Source of the DNA: a virus
Lineage: Duplodnaviria > Caudoviricetes
Virus record (IMG/VR): IMGVR_UViG_3300025572_000381
Location: 1-51,293 of that record
Length of the DNA stretch: 51,293 nt
Direction: 5' to 3' (one strand)
Part shown: one piece after another, positions 43,300-51,293 of the stretch
Position numbering within the stretch: the first letter of the stretch is position 1
Layout of the letters: the number at the start of each line of letters is the position of its first letter
Program-made: the position numbers and the translations under genes
Notes under the pieces: model-generated
The model's database searches: none
Told to the model about the DNA's origin: nothing
Seen by the model: only the letters and a program-made list of their open reading frames with translations

Positions 43300-43758
43300 T
43301 CAATAAGGCTTCCAACCCGGCGGCGGAGTCGCCTGTCCCGGGACCTCTGGTGCCGGGTTGCCTGACGGCGGAGGTGGCAGTTCAGGGACCCCCGGCGAGG
43401 GCGGCCAGCCTGAAGTGTTGAAGAAGTCGACGATGCCGTCGATGAGCCCACCAACCACCACGGGCACCGCGCGCCCGATCAGTGGGTCCACGACGGTCCG
43501 CTCCAGCAGATTGGGAACGAACGGCAGGTCCAGCGGAGCTAGCACCTCGTCATAGAACCGCTGGGCGGCGCGCACGACGGCGTCCTTCTTTTGGGCGCCC
43601 GTGCCGCCGAGCGACTCCACCACCCGCACCAGGTGCCCCACCGCGTGGGTCAGGAGCTGTACACCTTCTGCGATAGTAATCGTTCCATCGCCGCGGGCCG
43701 CCCGAAAACGCGCGACCATGTCCTGCAGCGAAAACTTCACGCTGTCGTAGAGGTCCAA
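43300..43758 (-). CDS. Hypothetical amphipathic protein, possibly holin-like
   Basis: GGAGG then TTG. GAQKKDAV motif, hydrophobic helix and Pro-rich tail. The holin role is only a guess. Confidence 0.7.
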   Translation of the reverse strand: MDLYDSVKFSLQDMVARFRAARGDGTITIAEGVQLLTHAVGHLVRVVESLGGTGAQKKDAVVRAAQRFYDEVLAPLDLPFVPNLLERTVVDPLIGRAVPVVVGGLIDGIVDFFNTSGWPPSPGVPELPPPPSGNPAPEVPGQATPPPGWKPY

Positions 43759-43776
43759 GCGCTCCTCCGTGAGTGA

Positions 43777-44745
43777 TTAGTCGCCAAACAGTTTCGGGAT
43801 GACAGCCTGCACCAAGCCGGCGTACATCCCAGTCTGCTTGAGCGTCTCCTGGGTATCCTTGGGCATGCCTGTCAGCATACCCAGGACCTTACCCACGAGG
43901 CTACCGGAGGCGTAGCCCACGCCCATCCCGGCAGCCAGGTGGGCCATCTGCCGCGGCGTCACCCAGCCAGGGCCGATGCCGCCTGGCATACGGTGAGCGG
44001 CCCCGACCGCCGCCGACGCCGCCAGCTGAGTAGCCGGGTTGAGCCGGTTCGCCACGGTACGCTCCGCCCAGATCGCGCGGTTGAACTCGTCCACGTCCAC
44101 CGCAGGAGCCAGCGACGTCCCTGTCCCCAGGTCAAACGCCGACTTCATGTTCTGAATGGCGTCGGCTTCGGTGAGCGGCCAGGGGCTAAAAATCGACTTG
44201 CCGGCGAGTGCGTTGTTGATCGCCCAGGCCGCTCCAGGCGCCGCACCCAGCAGCGCCCCAAGCAAGGCGGTCGCCTGCCGGGTCCGCCCCCGATCCCAGC
44301 GCTCAGGAAGCATCCGCTCCAGCAGCCAGCCGGTGCCGTAGCCCAGCCCGCCGCCTAGCAGCCCGGTCGTCAGCATCGCCGCGACCGGGCTAGCCAGGTT
44401 GCGAGTGCCAAAGATGGTTTCTCCTGGGATGAAGTTCAGCCATTGCAGCGTACGGTTGAGAGCTGGGGAGACGGCCACTTTGACCCATCTCCCCAGCGGA
44501 ATCTCGTCGCTGGCACGATCCGTTTCGTAGCCCACCTTCTCCAACGCCCGGGCAACCTGCCGAAAGTCCTCTTCGGGAGCCCAGACTGCCGCCAGCTTCA
44601 TTCGCCCCGAGAACCGGTCGTAGTACACCGTCACCGGAGCCTGGGTAAGCAGCGGGCGGAAAGCCCGGCGGCAGTCCGCCGCCGGTTTTTCACATTGCTG
44701 GTAGTAGAGGTCTACCAGGCGAAGAGTGGACTCTGCTGGATTCAC
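43777..44745 (-). CDS. Glycine-zipper membrane-type protein with KxA motifs
   Basis: KLAA, KVAV and KSAF motifs; GLLGGGLGYGTG..LLGALLGAAPG. Confidence 0.85.
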   Translation of the reverse strand: MNPAESTLRLVDLYYQQCEKPAADCRRAFRPLLTQAPVTVYYDRFSGRMKLAAVWAPEEDFRQVARALEKVGYETDRASDEIPLGRWVKVAVSPALNRTLQWLNFIPGETIFGTRNLASPVAAMLTTGLLGGGLGYGTGWLLERMLPERWDRGRTRQATALLGALLGAAPGAAWAINNALAGKSIFSPWPLTEADAIQNMKSAFDLGTGTSLAPAVDVDEFNRAIWAERTVANRLNPATQLAASAAVGAAHRMPGGIGPGWVTPRQMAHLAAGMGVGYASGSLVGKVLGMLTGMPKDTQETLKQTGMYAGLVQAVIPKLFGD

Positions 44746-45161
44746 TCGTCTTCCACCATGAAGAAACCGGGCACGCGACCGCGCAGCCGGCGCCGAGCGG
44801 TCTGGACATGCTCGCAGTGAGGACGGTCACACGTGCGACAGACAGCCCGCAGGGCGGTCAGCACGATGTCGCCTTCTTTGCTCCGTTTGATGATGAACGT
44901 GGCTCGAGTCTGGCGATCCAGCTTGGCAATGTAGCGGTCATCCCTGGAATGGCGATGGCAGCGTTCCAGCCACGGGCTCAACTCCTCGTAAACCTCCTTG
45001 CCGGATTCAGCCCGTTCGAGCATCTCGAGAGCCCTCTCTCGGATCGGATTCTTGTCCTCGGGGGGATCCAGCGGCAACGACGGATCCCTCCGGCGCAGCA
45101 CGCGCTGATACAGCATGTCGAGACTATGCCGCGTCAGCACCCATTTGGTAGCGGTCGTCAT
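44742..45161 (-). CDS. Hypothetical protein with CxxCxxxxC-x-H motif
   Basis: LTRHSLDMLYQRV N-terminus and CRTCDRPHCEH. Confidence 0.75.
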   Translation of the reverse strand: MTTATKWVLTRHSLDMLYQRVLRRRDPSLPLDPPEDKNPIRERALEMLERAESGKEVYEELSPWLERCHRHSRDDRYIAKLDRQTRATFIIKRSKEGDIVLTALRAVCRTCDRPHCEHVQTARRRLRGRVPGFFMVEDE

Positions 45162-45167
45162 GGTGAC

Positions 45168-46559
45168 TCACTCCCGTTTGTCCTCCTCTTTGATTTTCGC
45201 TTTGACTTTGTCCAATGCGTCGTCGAGGTCGTCCGCAGGAACCGCCCGGTCGTCGACGTAAGCCGACGCCAGGATCTTGTCGCTGCAGTCCTCAGGTTGA
45301 TGGGGGTTCTCGTTGATGTAGTCGTAGGGGATATCGTGCTCCTCCAACCACCGCCTCACCGTCTCGGTCTGTCCGCGGCAGGTGTTGATGATGAGCAGGT
45401 ACCCCTCGGCAGCGAGGGCCCGCATGAACTCGCGGGCTCCTTTACGTGGACGGCCGATCTTGTTCGGGTCGAATGGACCCTCGTCCTCGGCCAAAGTGCC
45501 GTCCAGATCCACCGCCACAATCGGCGGATGATCCTTGGGCTCGTCGTCATCCTCCTCGGGAGGCTCCAGCAGCGCCTGCTCAGGCTCGTCCATCAGTTCC
45601 GGCCCCATCTGCACGGTGACGGAGAAGACAGGCTGTCCATCCCGCATGAGGGAAAAGCTCGTAGACTGGAATCGCAGCGTGCGATGCTCGGCAACCTTGG
45701 CCGGCACTGCCTGTAGGGCAACGTCCAGCGGGTGCGACACGATCGGCCCGCGGCGTCCGTGTAGGTAATCCAGAAACCTCTGAGAGGCGTAGGTAAGGTC
45801 CGCCTGGCTGCGAAAGTCTTCCGCCGTGCGGGCCTGCTGGATCAGCTGGTCTCCCCGCAGCTTGACCTGGTTCAGGTATCGCAGCAGGTTGGTCGTGACC
45901 GGCTGGGAGTTATCCCAGACCAGCGGGGTCTGTCGCAAGGCCCGCAGGTAGTAGCTGTCGCCGGCGGCCTTCTTGTGCTCGGGGTTGTACCCCAAGACGC
46001 CCCAGCGGCGGGCGGCGCAGGTGATGTGGAAGTCGTACTGGTTGTTGTTGGGGCGGCTGGTGAGGCCGTAGCTGCGGCGCAGCTTCATCAGGTCTTCGCT
46101 GTGAACCCGGATGAACCACACCCGGGAGTATTTCTTCCAATTCGGCCGGACGGAGACGAAGTTACCCAGCGTATAGCGGAACCGTTTGCCGCGCTCCGGG
46201 TTGAGCACGGCAGGGCCCCCGATCTTCTCGATCTCCTCGGGCGTCATCACGCTGATGTGCGCGCTGAAGTTCCCCTCATCGTCCCGCGGCAGTTCAACCC
46301 CCGGCTCGTCCAGCGCCATGAAGACGCCTCGGACCAGGGCGTTGGGGACCGACAGCAGAAGCCAGCCGGATTTCGAGAGGTAAAGGACTCCCGACAGGGA
46401 GTACGAGACTTCCGGCTTTTCGACCGTCTCGTCCTGAGCCTGCTTGACGAGACGGCTACCCAGCTCGATGAGCTGTTTCAGTCCTTCCTCGATCCGCAAG
46501 TTCGGGAACACGCTGGGGCTCCAGGGAAGTCGCCCGCCGAGCTCCCCGGGAACCTCCAC
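45168..46559 (-). CDS. Multidomain protein: 2H-phosphoesterase + linker + HAD-family phosphatase
   Basis: AHISV and FHITC (two HxS/T motifs). IVAVDLDGTL, INTCR, K and YVDDRA are HAD motifs I-IV. KQA, KKA and KVA lie at domain borders. Confidence 0.75.
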   Translation of the reverse strand: MEVPGELGGRLPWSPSVFPNLRIEEGLKQLIELGSRLVKQAQDETVEKPEVSYSLSGVLYLSKSGWLLLSVPNALVRGVFMALDEPGVELPRDDEGNFSAHISVMTPEEIEKIGGPAVLNPERGKRFRYTLGNFVSVRPNWKKYSRVWFIRVHSEDLMKLRRSYGLTSRPNNNQYDFHITCAARRWGVLGYNPEHKKAAGDSYYLRALRQTPLVWDNSQPVTTNLLRYLNQVKLRGDQLIQQARTAEDFRSQADLTYASQRFLDYLHGRRGPIVSHPLDVALQAVPAKVAEHRTLRFQSTSFSLMRDGQPVFSVTVQMGPELMDEPEQALLEPPEEDDDEPKDHPPIVAVDLDGTLAEDEGPFDPNKIGRPRKGAREFMRALAAEGYLLIINTCRGQTETVRRWLEEHDIPYDYINENPHQPEDCSDKILASAYVDDRAVPADDLDDALDKVKAKIKEEDKRE

Positions 46560-46733
46560 CCGGGGTCCTCAAGCGACGACGGCAACTCGGTGCATCCGTC
46601 GTCCCCTCCGACGCCTGGCTTCTCTCCATGGCGCTGTCCAAAGGGCGCGGAAATAATCGTCGCGCCCTCTCACCCTGCCGGCACCTGCGGCAAGCTCGGG
46701 GGCGACACCCTGAATTTTAGCGCGGTAGATAGG

Positions 46734-47009
46734 TTAGGCAGAGTCCGGCTGCGGGCGAGTCAGCACCGTCGTCACCTTCCCCAGATTGTTGACGCACTCC
46801 ACCAGCCGCGCGGCATCGGCGTGGTATACGAAGCACGGTACGAGTTTGGGGCCCACCCAAAACACGGACACCAGACAAGGATATTGCTTGGGCTCCTCGT
46901 TGCCTGCGATCTCAGCTTCGGTCCCCAGCTCTCGGGACCGATCTTTCAGCGTCTGTTCCCTCCACGTCTTCCAACCTGTCTGATCGGTGAGCAGCACGAA
47001 ACCTGCCAT
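46734..47009 (-). CDS. Small hypothetical protein
   Basis: AGGAG RBS; abuts the stop codon of the GT gene. Confidence 0.75.
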   Translation of the reverse strand: MAGFVLLTDQTGWKTWREQTLKDRSRELGTEAEIAGNEEPKQYPCLVSVFWVGPKLVPCFVYHADAARLVECVNNLGKVTTVLTRPQPDSA

Positions 47010-47813
47010 CTACGGACTCCTACGTAGCAGGGGAGATCCATTCCTCTGAATTCCGCCGAGCCGTTGCGACTCGCGGATGATCCACCGGTACCCGGTCTCC
47101 AGCGACCGCTGGTCGTGGTCCAGGTGGTAGACAAGGCAGTCAAAGTCTGCCCACAGCTTGCAACCGGCCCCCCGCATACGCCAAGCAAGCTCCTGATCCT
47201 CTCCTCCGTACACGTTGAACCGTTCCCAATAGCCACCCGTCTGCTCCAGACGCCGCGTGGGGAAGCTCTGCTGGAATCCCCACGCGGCCCGCCAATGCGG
47301 CAGCTCGAAGCGGCGTTGGCCTGTGCGCAACAGCCGGCACATGGCGCGGTAGACGCCAAAATCCATCTCGAATCTGCGATCATCCGCGACCACGAAAGGC
47401 TCCAAGTCCTCAATCTCGACAGAGAGGGACTCCACCTTTCGCTGATCGACATGCTTGCGGCGACCGCAGATCACCACGTCTTGTGACCCGTATGCGACGT
47501 GGCGCTCTACCAGATCCCTGGCTGGTACACAGTCACCGTCCACCACCAAGATCCTGTCGTCGCTTCGGCAGTGCCTGATCCCCAGGTTGCGGGCGGCCGC
47601 CAGGCGAAACTTGCTCGTCTGGGGTTCGAGATAGTGGTAGTAGATGTCCAGCTGGCCCTGGTACTTGTCGGCTACATCCGACAGCTCTCGTGCCCCGCCG
47701 TCGTTCACCACGTGCAGGTCGAACTTTTGCCATGTCTGCCTGGCAAATCCAGCCAGTACCAGGTCTAAGCTATGCGAGTCCTGGTAACAGGTTACGACGA
47801 CGGAAAGCAACAC
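47010..47813 (-). CDS. Family 2 glycosyltransferase with GT7C-like tail
   Basis: SVVVTCYQ, VVNDGG, AARNLG, VDGD, GGY.ERF..YGGED and YHLDH motifs. Confidence 0.92.
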   Translation of the reverse strand: MLLSVVVTCYQDSHSLDLVLAGFARQTWQKFDLHVVNDGGARELSDVADKYQGQLDIYYHYLEPQTSKFRLAAARNLGIRHCRSDDRILVVDGDCVPARDLVERHVAYGSQDVVICGRRKHVDQRKVESLSVEIEDLEPFVVADDRRFEMDFGVYRAMCRLLRTGQRRFELPHWRAAWGFQQSFPTRRLEQTGGYWERFNVYGGEDQELAWRMRGAGCKLWADFDCLVYHLDHDQRSLETGYRWIIRESQRLGGIQRNGSPLLRRSP

Positions 47814-49798
47814 TATACTCGCCCTGTCAACGCTTTAGTAGCGGATTCTCTGGAGTACCAAAGACTTACGGGCCCCCAAGCGGCGGGTACGATCTCCTGC
47901 CAGCGGCGTAGCCTCACCCCCTGGCGGCGCTCATGGAGGCGGGAGTGGGGTACCAGCACATCGTCCCACCGGCCTTCGTAGATCGCGTCAAGGCTGCGGT
48001 ACCGGCGAATCGCCCCATCCTCTTGGATGAAGTCATCATCCGGTTTGCTGCGGCGATCGGCAGCAGGTCGCGGCCCGCAGAGCAGCTCCAGCCGTCGATA
48101 CGCGTCCTCCTTGGCACGAAGGGGACAGTGGTGGATACACAGCCCCACTTCCGGCTCCAGCAGGCGACGATGGGACAGTGTCACCGGCGTATGGGACCCG
48201 CGGGTGAGGAAGATATCCGGCGTACCGTTATCGACGCGGAACAGCGGATGTTTCCAGTGGTGGAGCGGGCAGAACGCTCGGCGGCCGGTCGGCCCCATCC
48301 GCAAGGTCGCGTACGGTTGCGTGTCGATCGGGTGCAGCCCCCGGGCGTAATAGGGGCGCTGCGTGGGATAGTGATCCAGCGCGATGGCGCCGACAATTTG
48401 GAACCGTTCGTCGAGCGTCTGGAGGTATTCGCGGATCGTCATTCCGAAGGGCCCCTTCGGAAACTCGTCACCGTCGAGATACAGCCACCACAGGTGAGGC
48501 AGGTTCTCCCGGCGCGAGACCTCATCCATGAGCTCGTTCATCCGCCACAGGCGCTCTCCTTCCTCGTAGAAGTCGGTGGACCAGATGTCGACGACTTCCG
48601 CTCCGGCCGCCTCGGCGCGAGCCACGGTATCGTCCGGGCTGTCATTGTCGATTACGAAAACCCTGCTGCACCCTTGATGCTTGGCGTTGGCGATGGCCGC
48701 CTCGATGATGTCCCCTTCGTGCCAGACGCCGAAAATCGCATACAGCTCGATGGGCGACGTACCGCGGCGGGCAGGCTGGCTGGCCACACGCAGTACGGGC
48801 CGGCGCGCCGCCGGCGGGGCCCCGTTGCCGCGATTCAGAGGGTAAGCGGGGAAACTGCGAATGAGCGACCGTCGCGGACCGTCGGCGCGCCACAGCGGGG
48901 AAGCCTTCGCCTTCCTCACCCAGGAGGAATCCGACTCGTACCCGGCAAGGACCAGCGTTTTGCCGGCGACCTCGTCAAAGACCGCCGCCGCGTCGCGGAA
49001 CAGGTGGTTCTCCCAGTCGCCCGATACGCCGCGCCGGTAGAAATCGCTGGGATCTTCCTCACCGCGGGCCCGGCCCCCGGAATACCGGCGAAAGCTGCCG
49101 GCCTCCAGACAAACCCTCGCCACGTCGGGGGCATCATTGACATCCAACCACTGGAGTAGCGCTCGCAGCTCGCGCATCGGCCTAGACTCCAGCCGCTCGT
49201 ACCGCACGATCCGCACACGCTGGCTGTCGCGCTCCGCCAGCTCCAAGTACTCTGCGATGTCCTGTTTCTGCTCGTAGTCCTCCTGCTCCTCACGCACCCA
49301 ATCGGCCCGGACCGCCACGCGGCCTTCCTCCGTGAAATACGACAGTGCATTTCCGGAAATGTTGGCGTAGTGGAAAGCGGCCGAGACGCAGACATCGCGC
49401 AGGTCGCGGAGCATCACGATCGCGCGCGACTGGGGAAACAGCTCCAGCCAGCGCCTCAAGTCCATATCGGGACTCTTGTCGCAGACGTAGACGCTGCGCG
49501 CCCAGGCATCGCCCGTCGTCTCGAGCATCCAACCCAGCATCGCGAAGCGGTCCCGGCGGTCATGCCGAAGCTGGTAGAACTCCCGGGCCTTGGGCGACAT
49601 GGCCCGCGGCCGATTGACCATCCAGCGACGTTCCTCGAAACGGGAGCACAGCAGCAGCTCCTGCCGCCCGCCGGAAGGCACCGCGATCTGCGGGTGAGCC
49701 CGCAGAATGTTGGACATCCAGGTCGTGCCGCTCTTGGCACGGCCGGTGATCAGCAGCAGCCCGCGGCCCTCGCGCAGGTCTTCCCAGGTGACCGCCAC
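47813..49798 (-). CDS. Sulfotransferase / GT2-like glycosyltransferase fusion
   Basis: GGAGG then GTG 49798. GRAKSGTTW, RDLRDVCVS, RYE.L and YRRGVSGDW mark a PAPS-dependent sulfotransferase; IDNDSPDDT and YLDGDEF mark a GT-A fold. Confidence 0.85.
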   Translation of the reverse strand: MAVTWEDLREGRGLLLITGRAKSGTTWMSNILRAHPQIAVPSGGRQELLLCSRFEERRWMVNRPRAMSPKAREFYQLRHDRRDRFAMLGWMLETTGDAWARSVYVCDKSPDMDLRRWLELFPQSRAIVMLRDLRDVCVSAAFHYANISGNALSYFTEEGRVAVRADWVREEQEDYEQKQDIAEYLELAERDSQRVRIVRYERLESRPMRELRALLQWLDVNDAPDVARVCLEAGSFRRYSGGRARGEEDPSDFYRRGVSGDWENHLFRDAAAVFDEVAGKTLVLAGYESDSSWVRKAKASPLWRADGPRRSLIRSFPAYPLNRGNGAPPAARRPVLRVASQPARRGTSPIELYAIFGVWHEGDIIEAAIANAKHQGCSRVFVIDNDSPDDTVARAEAAGAEVVDIWSTDFYEEGERLWRMNELMDEVSRRENLPHLWWLYLDGDEFPKGPFGMTIREYLQTLDERFQIVGAIALDHYPTQRPYYARGLHPIDTQPYATLRMGPTGRRAFCPLHHWKHPLFRVDNGTPDIFLTRGSHTPVTLSHRRLLEPEVGLCIHHCPLRAKEDAYRRLELLCGPRPAADRRSKPDDDFIQEDGAIRRYRSLDAIYEGRWDDVLVPHSRLHERRQGVRLRRWQEIVPAAWGPVSLWYSRESATKALTGRV

Positions 49799-49800
49799 GC

Positions 49801-50739
49801 TTACCCTCCAGGGCTGATGCAGCGTTTGCAGATGAAGTTCGGGTCGGACGCCTTCTTGCCCGTGACGCGGGCGACCAGGTCGCTGTAGTACGGGCTCTGG
49901 AAGTATTCCACCAAGGTCATGTCCGCCAGGCTGGGCAGCTCGACCTCGCCGTGGTAGTCCATGCAGCACAGCCGGATGCGGCCGTCGTACATGATGTGGA
50001 TCCACTGGTCGAGCCGCGGGCAGTAGAACGGCTTGTGGCCGGGGCCGATCTCCCGCACCTTGCCGACGTTCAGCTTGTACGCGTTGCGGTCCTGGCGGTG
50101 CAGCGTGCCGGCGCGGTCATGGAACGTGAAGGCGTCGAGGCTGACATTGGTCGTGTTGATGCCCTCCTCGGCGAACCGCCGCGTCCAGTAATCGATGTAC
50201 TGCTGACGTGTGAAGTAGGTGTGCTTGCCGTCGCGGCTCTCGCCGGCCCCGCGGATCTTGATCCGCAGCTTGCCGTCGGACTTGCGGAGCAGATAGAGCA
50301 GGTTCTTGGTGGCCCGCTCGTAGTCGATCTGCATGATGTGGGTGAAGGTCTCTTTGTCGATGCCGTGGTGGGAGACCCAGATCTCGTGCCGGCGGCCGGG
50401 CTGCGTCCAGATGTCGTACAGCCGATCGACGGTCTTCTCGGTGAGGGCTGCGCCATTGGTGGAAATCTCCACCAGCGTTTGCGGGAAGTAGGCGTAGATG
50501 TCCTCGATCCGCTGGAAGATCTTCTTGTCGATCAGCGGTTCCTGCATAAGGTAGGGGCAAATTTTCTGAATCCCCTTGGCGAACGGCCGCAGGCACTCCA
50601 GCACGTGGTGCCACATCTCGTCGGTCATGACGCCCGGATGGGCGGCATGCTGCGATTCGACGTAGGGGCACATCAAACAATCTGCATTGCAGCGGGAATG
50701 GGTTTGGATCTGGACGTAGCGAATGTTGGGCAACTTCAA
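49801..50739 (-). CDS. Radical SAM protein with SPASM/twitch domain
   Basis: CNADCLMC, EPL and STNG motifs; C-terminal C..LCCMD..CKRC. Confidence 0.93.
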   Translation of the reverse strand: MKLPNIRYVQIQTHSRCNADCLMCPYVESQHAAHPGVMTDEMWHHVLECLRPFAKGIQKICPYLMQEPLIDKKIFQRIEDIYAYFPQTLVEISTNGAALTEKTVDRLYDIWTQPGRRHEIWVSHHGIDKETFTHIMQIDYERATKNLLYLLRKSDGKLRIKIRGAGESRDGKHTYFTRQQYIDYWTRRFAEEGINTTNVSLDAFTFHDRAGTLHRQDRNAYKLNVGKVREIGPGHKPFYCPRLDQWIHIMYDGRIRLCCMDYHGEVELPSLADMTLVEYFQSPYYSDLVARVTGKKASDPNFICKRCISPGG

Positions 50740-51293
50740 AACAGGTCTTCCTCCAGTTGAGCCAGCTCGTGCCGCGGGATCTTGGTCCGCAGCTCCTGCC
50801 AGTTACTGATCCGCTCCGGGATAGAGCCTAGCTGGCACTTGGCCGACACCTTGGGCAGCCGGATCACGGTTACCCCCAGGAACTCGCAGACCGCCTTCCA
50901 GGTGGCCGCGGGGGATTCGACCAGTTGGCGGTAGGTAACCTCCAGGCGTCGCGGGCACCAGGTTTCGACCCGGCTAGCCCCGACGGCGTCCGCGCGCAGC
51001 CGTTGTCGGGCGTCCTCGACCTCGACAGGGACGGGTGGAGAGCGACGGGAGCGCTTGCGCGGTGGCAGCCAAGGCACGTTAAACTTCCTGGCCTGACCCT
51101 CGGAGACCAGGGCGGCCAGCGGGTTCCGGACGACGTGCAGCACGCGGCAGCCGTCTTTGCAGATCGGCCACAACTCAAAGCGATCGAGCTGGCTGTAAGT
51201 TGCCCGGAATCCGGCGACCTCGCCGCTTTCCCACAACCGCGACAGGTAGTGCCGGGGGTTGTCGATGTAGTACCCCTCGGCAGTCGGTGAGGG
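50736..51293 (-). CDS. Partial sulfotransferase-like protein (runs off right edge)
   Basis: Frame is open to the edge. HVVRNPLAALVS and TYRQLV..VCEFLGV..RISNWQEL resemble Stf0-like sulfotransferases. Confidence 0.7.
   Translation of the reverse strand, partial: PSPTAEGYYIDNPRHYLSRLWESGEVAGFRATYSQLDRFELWPICKDGCRVLHVVRNPLAALVSEGQARKFNVPWLPPRKRSRRSPPVPVEVEDARQRLRADAVGASRVETWCPRRLEVTYRQLVESPAATWKAVCEFLGVTVIRLPKVSAKCQLGSIPERISNWQELRTKIPRHELAQLEEDLF

Noticed and set aside
49799-50005. Track N-terminal extensions (also 3809-4078, 6323-6427, 15841-15936, 21314-21415, 22716-22799)
   Set aside because: Most overlap upstream genes, and downstream starts with better RBS or spacing exist.
1-51293. Alternative genetic code
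   Set aside because: Genes are full length and densely packed under the standard code, and TAA, TAG and TGA all act as stops.

Overview
This is a high-GC, almost entirely minus-strand segment that reads as part of a large tailed-phage genome, not a cellular chromosome. It has no ribosomal or housekeeping context, many orphan genes with tightly overlapping start/stop codons, and a putative prohead protease at the left end. The centrepiece is a divergent bacterial-type multisubunit RNA polymerase in three pieces: beta-N (40749-41453), a beta-C/beta'-N fusion (34585-40752) and beta'-C (26539-29751). It carries four inteins in catalytic elements: the beta TPE motif, the site directly before the Mg-binding DxDGD motif, the bridge helix and the trigger loop. 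One intein appears to end in Asp, two are close paralogues at different sites, and both beta' Zn sites are lost. A fifth intein interrupts the protease next to its presumed nucleophilic Ser. Many proteins, including beta'-C and a 2H-phosphoesterase/HAD fusion, carry K-x-A motifs at domain boundaries, and some share N-terminal leaders or glycine-zipper hairpins. This suggests a protease-processed set of virion-packaged proteins (inference). Accessory content includes a non-autonomous IS607-type TnpB element, a DUF6745-type gene pair behind a structured leader, a lone plus-strand AbiEi-like gene, HD, NUDIX, metallophosphoesterase, AAA and GalE enzymes, and a sulfotransferase/glycosyltransferase/radical-SAM cluster. 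All family calls come from motif recognition by eye; no searches were run.
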